Of a DNA stretch of 64,000 nt, positions 25,605 to 39,235 are shown one piece after another. Position 1 is the stretch's first letter. Every line of letters starts with the position of its first letter. A program made the position numbers and the translations under genes. A model generated the notes under the pieces. It was not told the DNA's origin and made no database searches. It saw only the letters and a program-made list of their open reading frames with translations. This stretch comes from Epiperipatus broadwayi. Its lineage: Eukaryota; Animalia; Onychophora. Location of the stretch: the NCBI GenBank assembly GCA_028023455.1, contig JAQFVV010000006.1:16120001-16184000 (forward strand), in the 5' to 3' direction.

Positions 25605-26300
25605 TTACTTAATAAATAATGTTTCTGTAGTGTAATTTTCACTAGACCACTCGCATGGAAGGTAGGAACTGGTTTCCACCCACCCGCCTTTAACACCTTG
25701 TGAAGGGTTGTAATCATAAGCATAGGACCAAAAACATGTGAAAAAGATGTACGATCATGCACATTTTATGCTGAACCAGCACCCATCAGTTGGCCCAGAC
25801 CACAATCTCAGACACATATATTTATCATTGTTCAGTATATACAGATAGCCAATTTCTCGGGTGAGAGTGGTGTAGTGAAAATTACACTACAGAAATATTA
25901 TTCATTAACTGGATAATCTCTAGTCTAATGAATGAATAATAAAAATTACTAATTTACTTTCGTCAAGTGGTTTGTATCAAAATTATGAGGGAGTAAGTTT
26001 AACACATCAATTAAATTGTAATAATTGGTTATCTATATATACTGAACCATGATAAAGATATGTTAAGATAATGATGTCTGTGTAATATAGTGAGGTCTGG
26101 GCCAACTGATGAGTGCTACAGCATGAAATATGCACTTTGGGTAATCATACATCTTTTTCACTTTTCTTAGGTTATATGCTTATGATTATACCCCTCCATA
26201 AGGTGTTAAAAATGGATTAAAATGAGTTCCTATATTGCTTGAGAGTCATGTAGTCAAAATTACACTACAGAAATATTATTCATTAGGCTATAATATTCTC
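25605..26300. mobile_element. Family B-related HHR element, rearranged inverted dimer
   Basis: GGGCCAA-CTGATGA-GTGCTACAGCAT-GAAA on plus (~26100) and a decayed inverted copy (~25770). Confidence 0.7.
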
Positions 26301-26309
26301 TTATTATTT

Positions 26310-27110
26310 CTTGTGTAACATCCAAAACCTGAAATCTCTTTACCCTCTATCCCCATTTACATGACATTAGATTTGTTCATTCAGGAAATTTAGCCTCAAG
26401 ATTATCCTTATAATTATACAACCCCAACATATAAATCAAATCTCTTAGTCATGCTTATTACCCTATCACTTCAATACTTCTGCTTATGAGTATTTATTTT
26501 CATTATTCACAAATCAAATCACCTAAATTATTTCATTTATACCTATAATCTCTCATTAATAAAAATTATTTTCAATCTGCAAAAAGTAAAAAAAAAAAAA
26601 AAACATTACTTACTGTCATCATAAAATTACCACCCTGATAATCTGCTTATTGTCATATATATATTCAAGCTTTTCATTTTCCACACTTATTCTTCATCTC
26701 TCTCTCTAACTCTTTGCCTTTTATTACTGAAGCTATTATCTTATCTTAATCTTAACCACTTTAATACTTAACAATCTTCATAACACATTTGCCCCACCTT
26801 TTATACAGATAAATAGATATAAGATCATTATCCAATCCTTTTAGCATATCCTCTTACTTTTCTCATCCATCATATTATCTGTTCTTTGATAAAGTCCAAT
26901 TAAAAACTATTTTGGCTATTTTCTTATTATTCATAAATTGCAATTAATCAAACATTTTAAATTTGATTTGGTTTTGATTTTTTACAATCCACATGTAAAA
27001 TCTTGACCATCTCATCTCTTTCATAATTGCTTCATTTATTCCACACCCAAAGCACACCCTTCTACTTTCCCTACAATTCTTTTTAAAATGTCAAATATTC
27101 ATTTATTAAT
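26310..27110 (-). mobile_element. LINE 3' region, old copy
   Basis: Reverse complement aligns by eye to 56812-57450. Confidence 0.65.
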
Positions 27111-27111
27111 A

Positions 27112-27223
27112 TAATACAGAGAGTGTACCAATAGCTCAAACAAGGTCTTAATTTTAAATATTTTTTCTTACCGCTCTTACCAATTAAGAACTTGTTTGAG
27201 CTATTGGTATGCTCTCTGTATTA
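27112..27223. repeat. Hairpin with ~42-bp arms
   Basis: TAATACAGAGAGTGTACCAATAGCTCAAACAAG / CTTGTTTGAGCTATTGGTATGCTCTCTGTATTA. Confidence 0.85.
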
Positions 27224-27754
27224 CCCTTTTGTAAACACAAGCTTATAAAAGCAATGCCACATTATATATGACTTACTTTATTGATTATTTATTAATATAA
27301 ATTTATCATTTCCATAGTTTAATCTTGTCTCAACAACTTTACTACATCATTCCTATTACTTTTTTTATCACTAAATAATCTTTTTGTTTATTAAAAATGA
27401 TTGACAAGTAATTATATCTATACCAAAGAAACTCTTTCCCTTTTCTTTTTCTTAGCATTTATTACCATTATTTTTTACTAAATTTAATTTTCTATTTTAT
27501 ATATTTTCACAAGTATCCAAAATATTTATATTTTCCCTATTTTCTCCACTTAAGAAATTATAAATAAAAATAGATGGGGTAATATATACACTCCTTTATT
27601 ATCCTGTAATAATACCTTTACACGATTTCCTAAATCTTCTATTGCCAACTTCAATTTAATAAAATCAAAACAATTTATCTTAATCCACTGATAGTGGATC
27701 CCCTACGTCATTGATAATGTAGTTTAATATAAATATATGTCTATTTAAAACAGC

Positions 27755-28090
27755 AGCAACTCTCTCCATACAGTAGTGCCACCCAGTGCAAGCCATAATA
27801 ATCAATGGATGATAAAAGGCTTGTATATCAAAATCCTTATCTAGTACCTACTCATCCAATACCTCCAGACTAGTTTCTAGCTTATGGCAATGCTCTCAAA
27901 TCCAAGGCTTCTTGCTGGTGAAGGCCACATGCCCAGGATATTGGATGAGTAGACACTAGATAGGGATTTTGATGCACAAACCTTCTAACATCTCTTGATT
28001 ACTATGGCTTACACTAGGTGGAACTGAGGTGTGGAGAGAGCTGTTATTGGTTTAACAGCTTGTGTAATCATAAGAAATGTTGTCCATGAG
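27755..28090. mobile_element. Family A element, inverted dimer, HHRs decayed
   Basis: Consensus match. Confidence 0.75.
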
Positions 28091-28239
28091 ACCTCTATTA
28101 AATGATAATTTCAATTTTGTTATGAATTTTGATCATTAGTATTTTAGAATTTTTATTTATTTTGTAAATTTAAGTATATAAACATTAATGAATTAATTTT
28201 GCTATTTTTTATGCATAAATTTTTGATTAATATATTCAT

Positions 28240-28930
28240 ATCAAATAGTTCAGAAAAACAATATTGATGCATACATCAGAGATTTAAAAAACATGGGCTA
28301 TAACACCAAGAAAATTTACAACATGATAGAAAGATTTTATAGCAAACTAAATAAACCAGTACAACCTCTTTCTAATGAAAACAAAAAATAGATAAGCTTC
28401 CCATAGGTACCAAAAGTGGCTCAAAAATATATTTCACTCCCACCATTAAATAAACTGCTGAACATCTAAAAAAATAAACTAACTAAGGATGTTGCTCATC
28501 AAATAGTTTACAGAATTAAGTGCAACAAAGCTGACTGTAAATATGCCTATTATGGAGAGACAGGGGCAAACTTGTCTACAAAGCTAACCTTACACAATTA
28601 CTTATATAATAGGGCCAAAAAAAGTAGTGAATACTCATCTATATTCAACAACATGAATAACAATCAGTCCTTAAATTTGATATCTCCAAAGTGAATGTCA
28701 TTTGTACTGAAAGGGGTGGATAAAAAAGGAAAGATCAAAGAAGCTTGCCCAATAGCCAAAGATAAACTCACTATAAATAAAATAATAAACCACCATCCAT
28801 CTGTCAAAATAGTGGGCTCTCCGATTGCATACATTTGAATAACAAACAATAAATTAAATTAATTTAAATACAAAAATCCATAATATATTTGAAAGAGCTT
28901 TGGTTATAATACTCAACGTATTGAAAGCAT
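28240..28930 (+). pseudogene. PLE RT-thumb/linker plus GIY-YIG endonuclease remnant, followed by decayed variant HHR
   Basis: DLKNMGYNTKKI; ISFP*VPKVAQK; NKLTKDVAHQIVYRIKCNKADCKYAYYGETGANLSTKLTLH; KIKEACPIAKDKLTINK; then GCT-TTGGTTA-T-AATAC(TCAAC)GTATT-GAAA. Confidence 0.85.
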
Positions 28931-30944
28931 TTTACCATGAATAAAAACTAAAATTTATAAACATATATCTACCTTTTCTTAGTTAAATGTTCTAACATTT
29001 ATATCTTTAACTTTATATTCATATTTATATAATTCAATTTTAAATTTAGTAGCATTGTTAATAACTTTTATCTTGAAATCACTTGCTTAAACATACATTT
29101 ATGTAAATAGAAAACATGAGGAAACAGAAGAGAAAAAGAGGAAAAAGGGAGGAGAGAAGAAGATAAAGAAAATTAGAAGAATTATTTAATGTCCTTATTT
29201 ATATAAGTGAATTTTACATTCCATTATTATTCTAATTCAATTTTTCTTCTTTTATCCTTTGTTCTATTTTTTTATATTTCACCAACCTCTCTTTTTCTTC
29301 CTTATTTATAAAATCAGATAAATTTAATAAACAAAAAACTCTGGGAAAAACTTTACAATATCCATTATACTATAATGAATAAATGATTAATGCTTTTAAA
29401 TAAATATTCTTTATAATTTTCTGTTCTATCATATCATGTGTTGTTTTATTATTATATTTCCACACTTAAAACTGCATACTGCATCTGGAGTTGCATTTAA
29501 ATTTTCATTGAGTTAGCATTCTCCCTTTTAATTAATAGATTTTTTCATTATTTTGGATATATAGATATCTATATTATGGGTGTCTATCATGGGAAATAAG
29601 GGTAAATTGTTTTAAATTGCTTAAGTAACAAAATGATAGATACTCATCATAGACATAAACGTTATAAATACAGAGGAATATATCCAAATCATTTAGTTGC
29701 ACTTGAAATTATTTTTTTTAAATTTTCTTTTCTACATTGAGTCATAATTTTTTTTATGTTTTGAATATATTTTGTTTTTTTGTAAATAAATATTATGAAG
29801 TTTTGTTAATTGACAAGGTCTCTACAGTTTTGTTGACCCAGAATTTACATTCATTCCAGCATTTACATTCAATTCTATAACCAGTATTTTTACACATGCA
29901 CACACACATTACTGTTTGATAAGCATGTGAGAAAATGTTAAATAAAGGTTATTTTTTTACTAATAGATAGGATGAATTATTTTAGTTGTTGATTAACAGT
30001 TTGCATAGGTACATCCCTGTTAAGAGAATCGAACGTGAATTCTTCCTAAGTTCGAATATCTGAGGCAACGGTTCTGAAAAAGAGTGGTGAGATGTTAGAT
30101 GAACTGATTTAAATTACATGTAGATTTGATAGATAATGCTTAAGATAATTTATTAGGGATAGATGTAATCATGAGTCAGGTACTCATCATGGTATGTCTA
30201 GTATCCTACATGAAGACCCTAGGCTCGACAGTAGTTAGATGTGATCTTGCTCTCTTTCCCCTATATACATGGATGGACCAGACCATTACATTTGGCACTA
30301 TCAACTTTAGGATATAAAAGATAGATGTACCAGCACATATAGATTTGATGTAAGTTGATTATAAGTTGTAATCGAACCAGCTAATTGTTGATCTGTGTAT
30401 TCAAGTGTATTTGCAGACTGGGGCATCTGGGTAATTCACCAACCATTACAATACAAATATTGCAGAGTTTATTCCAGATATTATATATATAATAGAAGGA
30501 ATTTGAACTCAGACTTTCAAGCTTCATACAACTATCCATTCCATTTTATACAATTGATGCACATCACCACATACCATGATCCACCAAATTAAGATCAGGT
30601 CTTATATTAATTTTTGCTCCAAAAGATACCATAGGGCTTATTTTCAGGTGTCTTATTTTTTATGTACATTTAATGAAATACTTTTTATTTTTACAGAATG
30701 CTATAAGATTGGTATTTATTTCTTGTACTCACTGGAATAGCTCTTTCTTTTTGCGCTCACTTTATCTAGTAATCGGAATATTATTCCATTTAAATTTACC
30801 ATCAAATCAAGTGTTAATTGAAGATTTGTTAGACAGGAGTGATAACAAAAATGACAAAAAAATCAGAAAATGTTTCTGTATTTCACACATGCACATTAAA
30901 TATGTCAAGTACAGCATATTGAATTATGACAAAATCACATATAA

Positions 30945-31215
30945 CACAACTATTACAAAAAAATCAAGTTAGATGTCACATGACCTAATTTAATAAGCTT
31001 GTATTACAAATGTTATATATAGAGCTCACAAATAAGCTCTTAACAAGCTTTGCAGAATATCCTCAACCCAGACTGATTTTTGCCGATGCCAGAAGCAGAA
31101 ACTGGTCTGGGGTTGGGGATAGCTTGTTAAGAGCTTATTTGAGAGCTCTATATATAACATTTGTAATACAAGCTTATTGAATTAGGTCATGTGACATATG
31201 ATTTGATTTTTTGTA
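30945..31215. mobile_element. Family E near-perfect palindrome
   Basis: ~125-bp arms; centre keeps only AGCAGAAACTGGTCTGGGG (3' half of HHR). Confidence 0.75.
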
Positions 31216-31687
31216 ATTTTATTTTTTGCTATTAAGGCTTTGGCAATTTTATATTTCTAAAGCTATTAATATAGGGTTATCTAAACTTAGTTCTGTCCCA
31301 TATGGCTATTTAAGTTAGATAGTTGTATTGGAAAACATAGGGATGTCTGAAAAATTTCAGATTTTTACTTAATAGTTATACATTAGATAAAGTGTTGGTC
31401 TTGTCCTGGTATTTTTAATTTAATATTCTGCAAAGCTTGTTAAGAGCTTATTTGTGAGCTCTATATATAACATAACTATGTCCATCCATTATGAAGTACA
31501 CACATTGTAAACACTTTCCAAATGACTTACAATAGTCCTGATTGGATATTCTTTTTAAAAAATTTTTCTTTAGGAGAAAGATTGATGATCTAACTTAAGC
31601 TAAAAAAATTATTAAAATCTCTTCACATGTCCATTATTTTAATAAAATCTTTTAGGAAGAAAGAAAATGCTTAAGAAATCAAACTAA

Positions 31688-31794
31688 TTTTTTTTTTCTC
31701 ATGTGTCATAGCATCAGCTGGGAAGCGAACCCGCTAACCCGGGACAACTGCTTGTAAAGCAGCTGTTGCTGACCTCTCAACCACCAATGCTGAC
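31688..31794 (-). mobile_element. tRNA-Gly-derived SINE
   Basis: Consensus match, A tail. Confidence 0.85.
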
Positions 31795-32204
31795 TAATTT
31801 TCTTTTATCTTGAATATCATAGTGAAACTCTAAAACTAAATCAAGCATTCTAAATCTAAGTATTAAATATAAATAAAATAAGTACCCAAAAATGTATAAA
31901 TGAAATTATAAATTGTCCAATATACTGACTTATGATAGATAAATTGTTTCTCTATACAATCAAAAATTGGCAATGGGAAAATATAAAAGAATATAATTTA
32001 TACTCCATTTATTTAAAGCATTATTGTCAATAATATAGTTTATTTATGTATTCATTACTTTATAAATCAATATATTTATCCCCTGCTTATGTGGCTGATG
32101 ATCTTAACTAAGGTTTGTATTTGGAATAGAACTCGTATTATAAGCATTCTAAAAAAGAATATTAGAGCTTATTTTCTGCTTAGGGATTATTTTCAGGGAG
32201 ACAC

Positions 32205-33310
32205 AGTTCATGTGAAAAAAAAAAGATCTCCAATATACCTATTTCATGCTAAACCAGCACTCATCAGTTGCTTTCAGATCACATCTCCCACACATATAAA
32301 CAATCAGTGCTCAGTTTATATTAAGATAGAACATCTTCAAACTTTCATAGACAAACTTCACTCTTCTCCAACCTCTAACTCTTCATCCATCCATATCATT
32401 GAAAATCTGATGATTGAATGCTCAAAGCCCTTATTGATACCAATATTATTTTCATACCCATGTTGATTTCAAATCACTCTGACCCCTCATATAAAGAACT
32501 TTCATAAGTCCATTTAAATACACAGAATAAGGATAATATGGATGGCTGAGTAGTTGGGGAATGGAGAAGATTGAAGCCTGTCCATTAAAGTATGAAGATT
32601 TGCTATCAACATAAATTGAGCACCGATTATGTATGGGTGTGGAAGATGATAATCTGGACCAACTGATGAGTGCTGGTTCAGCATGAAATATATATATTAA
32701 AGATCATTTATCTTTTTCACATGTATATATATAGGGTTGGTTCAGCATAAAATATATATATTAAAGATCATTTATCTTTTTCACATGTATGTTATAATGT
32801 GTATTAGTTGTATAAGATAGAATGGATAGCTGTGGGGAATGTAAAAGTCTGAATTCAAATTCCTTTTAATTACATTGTTCAATATAAACAATATACCTGT
32901 ATTTAAATATCACATATTCAGCCTGTATTCTACCCATCCCTTTTCTATGTATTTAAATGGGCATATTAAGGTCTTATATATGGGGGATGAGAATGACTTA
33001 AAGTCAACATGGGTATGACAATAATATTGGCATCAGAAAGAGCTTTGCGCACTTTAGCATCAGAATTTCAATGATGTGGATGGCTGAAAAATTGGAGTGT
33101 AGAGAAGATTGAAACCTGTTCATTAAAATTTAAAGATTTTCTATCTTAATATAAACTGAGTAATGATTATATTATATGTGGGAGATGATGATCTGAACCA
33201 ACTGATAAGTAAGTGCTGGTTTAGCATGAAATAGATATATTGGAAATCATTTATCTTTTTCACATATATGTGGTCATGTGGTTGTATAAGATAAAATGGA
33301 TAGCTTTAGG
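32205..33310. mobile_element. Family B cluster (one minus, two plus units)
   Basis: HHR motifs at ~32235-32275 (-), ~32655-32700 (+), ~33198-33245 (+). Confidence 0.8.
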
Positions 33311-33487
33311 TAGCTTGATAATCCTGCACATCAAATTTGGAAAGAATAATAAAGAAGAATAAGATGTATGTGCTTACAACATATACCAAAGAAATGTTAT
33401 TAATGAACATAATTATTTTATGGTATGAAAAAACAGCTGCTTGAATAATTTAAAAATATATTTTACAAATTCAATGATAACCTTTTT

Positions 33488-33718
33488 AAACATTATCATA
33501 CACTCTGCTCAGATGCAAACATTATCATACACTGTGCTCAGATGCAAACATGATTATGCACTATGTTCATATGCAAACATGATCATGCATTGTGCTCAGA
33601 TGCAAACATGACCATACACTGTGCTTAGATGCAAACATGATCATGCAGTGATCAGATGTAAACATGATCATCACTGTGATCAGATGCAAACATGATATGC
33701 ATTGTGCTCAGATGCAAA
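33488..33718. repeat. Minisatellite, ~29-bp unit x ~8
   Basis: AAACATGATCATACACTGTGCTCAGATGC repeats. Confidence 0.9.
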
Positions 33719-34439
33719 AAAGTCTGCTTGATTATTGTAAAATGTATTAAATTTAAAAATTTTAAATTTTGTTTATTTTACATTTTTTTGGGATAGCATA
33801 TACTTGATACTGAGTACTTTGATCTAGCATAGTTCACAGCTTCATTGTACTTTCATATTTCTTATTGTATATATATATGGAGTTATCCATTTTGCAATTA
33901 GCCTGACAGTTTTATTTTCATTCTTAGTCTGGGACAGTTAGCTTTCATTAGCTGCTATTCTACATAAAGTGCTTTCTAATTAAGTAATTATAAAATATTT
34001 TATAACAAGTTTGAACTTATATACTATTAATAAAATAATTAAGTTGTTGTGTGTTATTTGTTTTTCTTTGTGTACTTGCTGAAGTTAATTAATTTGATAT
34101 CACGTTACTGTTTCTGATGATCAGTAAAAGTGGATGGAGATTAAATCTAGTTCTGGTGCCCTTATTTATTTTCAGTAGTATGTGCGTTATTCCATATTTA
34201 GATAAAGATATCTCTTAATGCATGTTAATGTTTATTTGAACGTTTGTATTGATGATATTCTAATTACAATTACTTCCATTATCTAATATTAATTTTTAAA
34301 TGTTCTTTTTTAAATTCAAGCTTTATATAAACTTTTCAAACATATTCAACCATTAATAATAGATTAGTAGTATGTTTTGAGTGGCAGTATTCTTCTATCT
34401 TTCTTAAGGAGTTAATGGACTGATTAGTGTCAGTACTAG

Positions 34440-34680
34440 TGTGGAGTTCAAATACAAGACCTTTAGATTGATGAATGATTTCTAGATGGTTAAAGCAATG
34501 CTAGTAATGGTCATTGGTTAGATCAGTAACACCTGAAGAAGAGAGCAAAATAATAATACGCAAAAATGTTAATCTATATACTAATATGTATGCTATTACT
34601 AACAATTGAAGATAGTTGAAAAAAATTGTTTGAATTTTTCTAAAAGCATTTAATATTGAATCTTAGCTGATGGAAATGGA
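34440..34680 (+). mobile_element. Decayed copy of tRNA-headed HHR element
   Basis: CAGTAACACCTGAAGAAGAGAGC and downstream similarity to 18885-19220. Confidence 0.5.
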
Positions 34681-35114
34681 TTACAATTATCATGTTAAGC
34701 TACTTTTAAAAATATTTCGACTAATCATAAAAGTAGATTCATTTTGTACCTTTATAAACTAAATTTAGAATTAGTTAATAGTTTATAATAATGATTTATT
34801 GAGAGAGCAGTTGAAGTGTGATAAAAATCCTTTCACATCTCAACTGATTGTAGCAGTCCTCTTCTTAAGCTTCTTAAAATCTGTAAATTTGTGTACCTCC
34901 TTCCCTCTCTTCCTCTCGCTCCTTTTCTCTCACTTTCCCTCTTTCTTTCCTTCTCTATCCCTCTCTTCTCTCTCCCTTATCTCTCCCTCCATCTTCTTTC
35001 TATCCCTCTCTCTATATACTTCCAGTTAGATAAATTATCATCAATAAAGAACCCATTATATTTATTAACTGGAAGTATAGAGTGAGATTATCATCAATAA
35101 AGAGCCCATTATGT

Positions 35115-35212
35115 TGTCAAGAGTTGGTGGCCAAGTGGTCAGCACAGCCGCCTTACAAGCAGTTCTCCCGGGTTCGCTTCCCGGCCAACGCTTTGACATA
35201 TGAAAAAAAAAA
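35115..35212 (+). mobile_element. tRNA-Gly-derived SINE
   Basis: Closest to tRNA-Gly(TCC) sequence; anticodon position TAC; A tail. Confidence 0.85.
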
Positions 35213-36485
35213 GAGAGAGCTTATTATAGTAGATTTATATATCTGAACGTCAAATCTGTTCTACTTTTAAATTAAGACTGCATTTTAATGTAAAACTTAA
35301 ATAATAGATTTATTCTATTCTTCACCTTGCAATATTTAGATAATTATTTATTCATAGTCTGGGGGAGAGTGGTTTATTTCCCTTAACTACATAAACATTA
35401 AATTATGCTAATTTTATGTTTACATTTATTAATATAATTGGTTATTAGTTTAATAAATTCATTCTGAATTTCCACCAATGATAGCAAGAATATAAACATC
35501 AGAAACTTAAAGAATATATAAATCCTTTTTATTCTTGATCCTTGCTATATTTCTATCTGTAGTAATATGTACAAATCAATTCAGGAATATTGAAAACCGA
35601 GTCCGTCACTCCACTGTTACATTAAACCAGTAGTACCTACAATCATTGAACCTATGAGGAAAAGAAGTTTAGAGGGGTACATTCACTATATATTTTTGGT
35701 ATCTATCACCAGTAATTCATTTTTTATATCACTGAAAAGCAAACTTTTCTTTCAATGCTTATATTTTAGTAAATCTTCAAAAATCCTCTTGAAAAATTTG
35801 ATTTATAATTCTGTGTTACAATTTTTCACAATCTTTGAGCAAACATTTATTCTAAATGAGATGAATATTATTTCTAAATATATGTAATCTAAGTTAAATT
35901 TTTTATTTATTAAAAGCTTGCAGTATTTGTAGATTTCTTGCTTAAAATATACTCTTTTGATATATCCTAGGCCAGATTAAAACCAACTCTAAACACTGCC
36001 CAATAATAATGTCTATCGGGGCCCCTTCGTGACTTTAGTGGCCAGGTAGTATCACTCAAAATGCTGAAAATCAATTCACATAGTTTTCTATACAGTTATT
36101 CTTTCCCCTGTTTTATTATTATTTATTTATTTAACACTAATTAGCAGCAAACAATAAAAATCGCTATTTGCTAATAAGTAAAACCGTAAATAGCAATTTT
36201 CCATCATTTTATTTATGCACTTAAAAATAAAATTGTTTATTCGATCTCATCCTTTGACTTTACTTTGCTTAATAGTTAATCCGATGTGGGTATACCATCT
36301 TCACTCATCTTTGCTCAAACTGATGCTATGCTATAAATTTACTCATTTATATACCACATGCAAACATAAAAGAGAATTCTATTAACATTGAAACCTTGTA
36401 AAAGTAATTCAATTAAGGATAGGAGGGCATTAATCTGCATATCCGTGAGATGCCTTGAGGTGCATGTGAATGTCAAAAATTGGGT

Positions 36486-36600
36486 TGTCTTGCGTTGTTA
36501 GCCGAGAGGTATCACAGCCGCCATGCAAGCAACTAGTTGGTTGCAGACGGTGTGGGCTCGCGTCCCGGCCGATGCTATGACATATGAAAAAAAAAAAAAA
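36486..36600 (+). mobile_element. tRNA-Gly-derived SINE (long subfamily)
   Basis: Consensus match; flanking direct repeat AAAAATTGGGTT. Confidence 0.85.
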
Positions 36601-38294
36601 TTGGGTTAAGACTATTTCACTCTAATAAGCTTCTCCCTTCACCCCCACCCCATTCCCATTCCCGACATGAAACGCACATATGCGCGCGAACGCACATGCA
36701 AAAATAAAATTGCAATGAAACTATGATAATATTTTTCCTCCTCAGCCTCATCTTGAGATGCTATACATTAGGATCAATTGAGTTATTTTAAAAAAAATCA
36801 ATATTTTGAAATATAAAAACTTCAGATGAAAATGACATTATTTTAAAGTTTAAATATATAAATCAGTTCTTGAAAAATTAATATCAAATTAAAAGAAATA
36901 TATATATATTGTCAATCAATTAGATGTTTTTAGAATTGAAAAAAAAAAAAGTCTATCATCTAACAAATAAATCAATATTCAACAGTGTTAAACGCGACAC
37001 GTGCTTAAGGGTTTAAAAACTTGTTTAGATATAAAATATATATATTTTAGAACTCTTATCAGAAGATATGTAGAACATTTCAAGATAAGTTTTTTTTTCT
37101 TTTTTAAACACAAATATTAGATAAGGTCATATGATAGAAAATAAATTATATTAAAATACTGAAATGACCTCTAGTGTCAAATATGACAATGATTAACATG
37201 ATTGCCTGTAGATATATCTGTATATACGGCTTAATAGTTAATTTAGTTTCATAAACAAGGATAAATGGGGCATATTTTTGAAAATTTATTTTCAATAAAA
37301 TATAAAAAAAGTACTACTTATAATATTGGTCTTTAATATTTAAAAATAATATCGATTTTTTATTCTTAGAGATTTTTATGCATGTGTGTTTATACAAATA
37401 GTAGATTTTAACCAAAAGTTGTTGGAAGTAAAAATATGGTGTCACAAATGGTTTGATGTTATTGAATTTTTGCACCATATATGGATTGACTATCACAAAC
37501 ATTTGATTAGGCAAAAAAATCTCTAAAAAAATATGGATGTGCCGTGCTTGAAACATCGGCAGTTGATATCTTACAGTAAAATTAAGAAGTCGGAATACAG
37601 GATAACTTCAATATCATATTGCAAATTATTGGATAGATCATAGCCTAAAATGCTTCAAGTATTAAATATTCACATGCTATTTGATGTTCATCCTTTAGAA
37701 ATATCTAGGGTGTATGCTAATTTTTAACAGCCGTTAACACTATAATTGCTAATTTGGACTTTCCGGAATGTCATGTTCTGAGGCATGGTATTTTCTTAAC
37801 TTGTGTTATAGATCCAAGTAAATTTATTCTTGGGTTTACTAAAAGAAGAAACATTACTGGACTTTTGACAATGATCTTATTATTAAGGATCAGATTAAAA
37901 GTAAAAATAGATATAATCTTTTCTGCTTGGCCAAATAATGTTAAGAATGTAGCTTCGTAATAGATATAGACATTTTAAATAAGAAGCTCAGTGACTGAAG
38001 TGACTGAAGCTTAAAAATTATTGAGAGATTAAAATTACAGGGGAAATACAGACCTTCACTGGCAGTAGATAGTGGTTTCTTATGAAAGGGTAACTGATGT
38101 GAAAGAAAACACAAGATATTATTTACATTTTTTTATTATTTATTATTCAAAATAATCTTCTTGTGATTGAATACAATACTGCAAATTATTATAAATTATA
38201 TTAAGCCATTGAAATAATCCACCAGAATCATCTACAGAAACTTGATGCAAATTGAACGGTGAGAAGTTCCTTTTATGCCCAACTTTAATTTTAG

Positions 38295-38426
38295 AAAAAG
38301 ATTGGCAGGTACTAAATCAGGACTTTTTTGACCAAATTAATTACTCACAATCATGGCACTATGGGCTGATATATTACCAAGGGCCTTGTGATATTCAGGT
38401 CGAGTGCACAAAATTTGATCAAAAAG
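38295..38426 (+). CDS. Candidate symmetric phase-1 exon, unknown protein
   Basis: tttaattttag acceptor, AAAG|GTGAGT donor, 132 bp open: KDWQVLNQDFFDQINYSQSWHYGLIYYQGPCDIQVECTKFDQK. Confidence 0.4.
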
Positions 38427-38519
38427 GTGAGTATTTTATTGGCTATTTTTTAGGAATATATTTATGATGAATAATTCATTTACAATGAAAAAATCAATGA
38501 GCACTATTTTGATATAATT

Positions 38520-38601
38520 TTTACATCATCATTATCATCATCATCATCACCACTGCCACCACCATCATCATCAGCAGCAGCATCATCATCATCACCACCA
38601 C

Positions 38602-38692
<91 letters not shown>

Positions 38693-38693
38693 G
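38520..38693. repeat. (CAT)n(TAT)n microsatellite
   Basis: Direct inspection. Confidence 0.95.
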
Positions 38694-38704
38694 GTTTTCC
38701 TTTT

Positions 38705-39235
38705 TCTGATAATCTCTGTCAACACATTGATGTTTGGCTAATGGGTTATATTGGAAATACCATGTTTCATCACCCTTTATAATATTTGACAAGAATTTCA
38801 GATCCCTAATTCTAGGTTTTGTATGCAGCTGCAGTGCTTTTCGGTCAATCACCAACCAGTAAGGCAAAACTATCACACATCCTGTGATTTTTAAATCTTT
38901 TGAACATTGATTTTGGGAATTTCAATGAAATATTCAATGATTCTCACAGCACACATTGATCAGTTCAAAGAGGTTTGGCTTTTTGCATGATTTTTTCATA
39001 TTATTTCTGTTTGTTTTTGATTTGGTCATGATTCATCTCCAATGCCCTTTCTGCAATCATGCAAAAACACTTAAAAACATTTTTACATCTCATGGCTTCA
39101 TTGCCTAAACACTGTTGAAGCATTCCAAATGTTTTGGTACCAATTTTGCCCAATTTAAAACAAAAATGTAACATTAATGCTTTGTTTCATCATGGGTTTC
39201 TACGAAGGTATAAAACATGCTGTCACATTTCATGT
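38705..39235 (-). mobile_element. Mariner transposase N-terminal remnant
   Basis: DLKFLSNIIKGDETWYFQYNP (cf. mariner FL..IITGDETW..YDP). Confidence 0.8.

Noticed and set aside
35121-35191. Functional tRNA gene (Val-TAC or Gly)
   Set aside because: Mismatched acceptor stem, poly-A tail, one of 15 dispersed copies; SINE
38504-38725. Poly-Asn/Asp ORF
   Set aside because: Microsatellite translation
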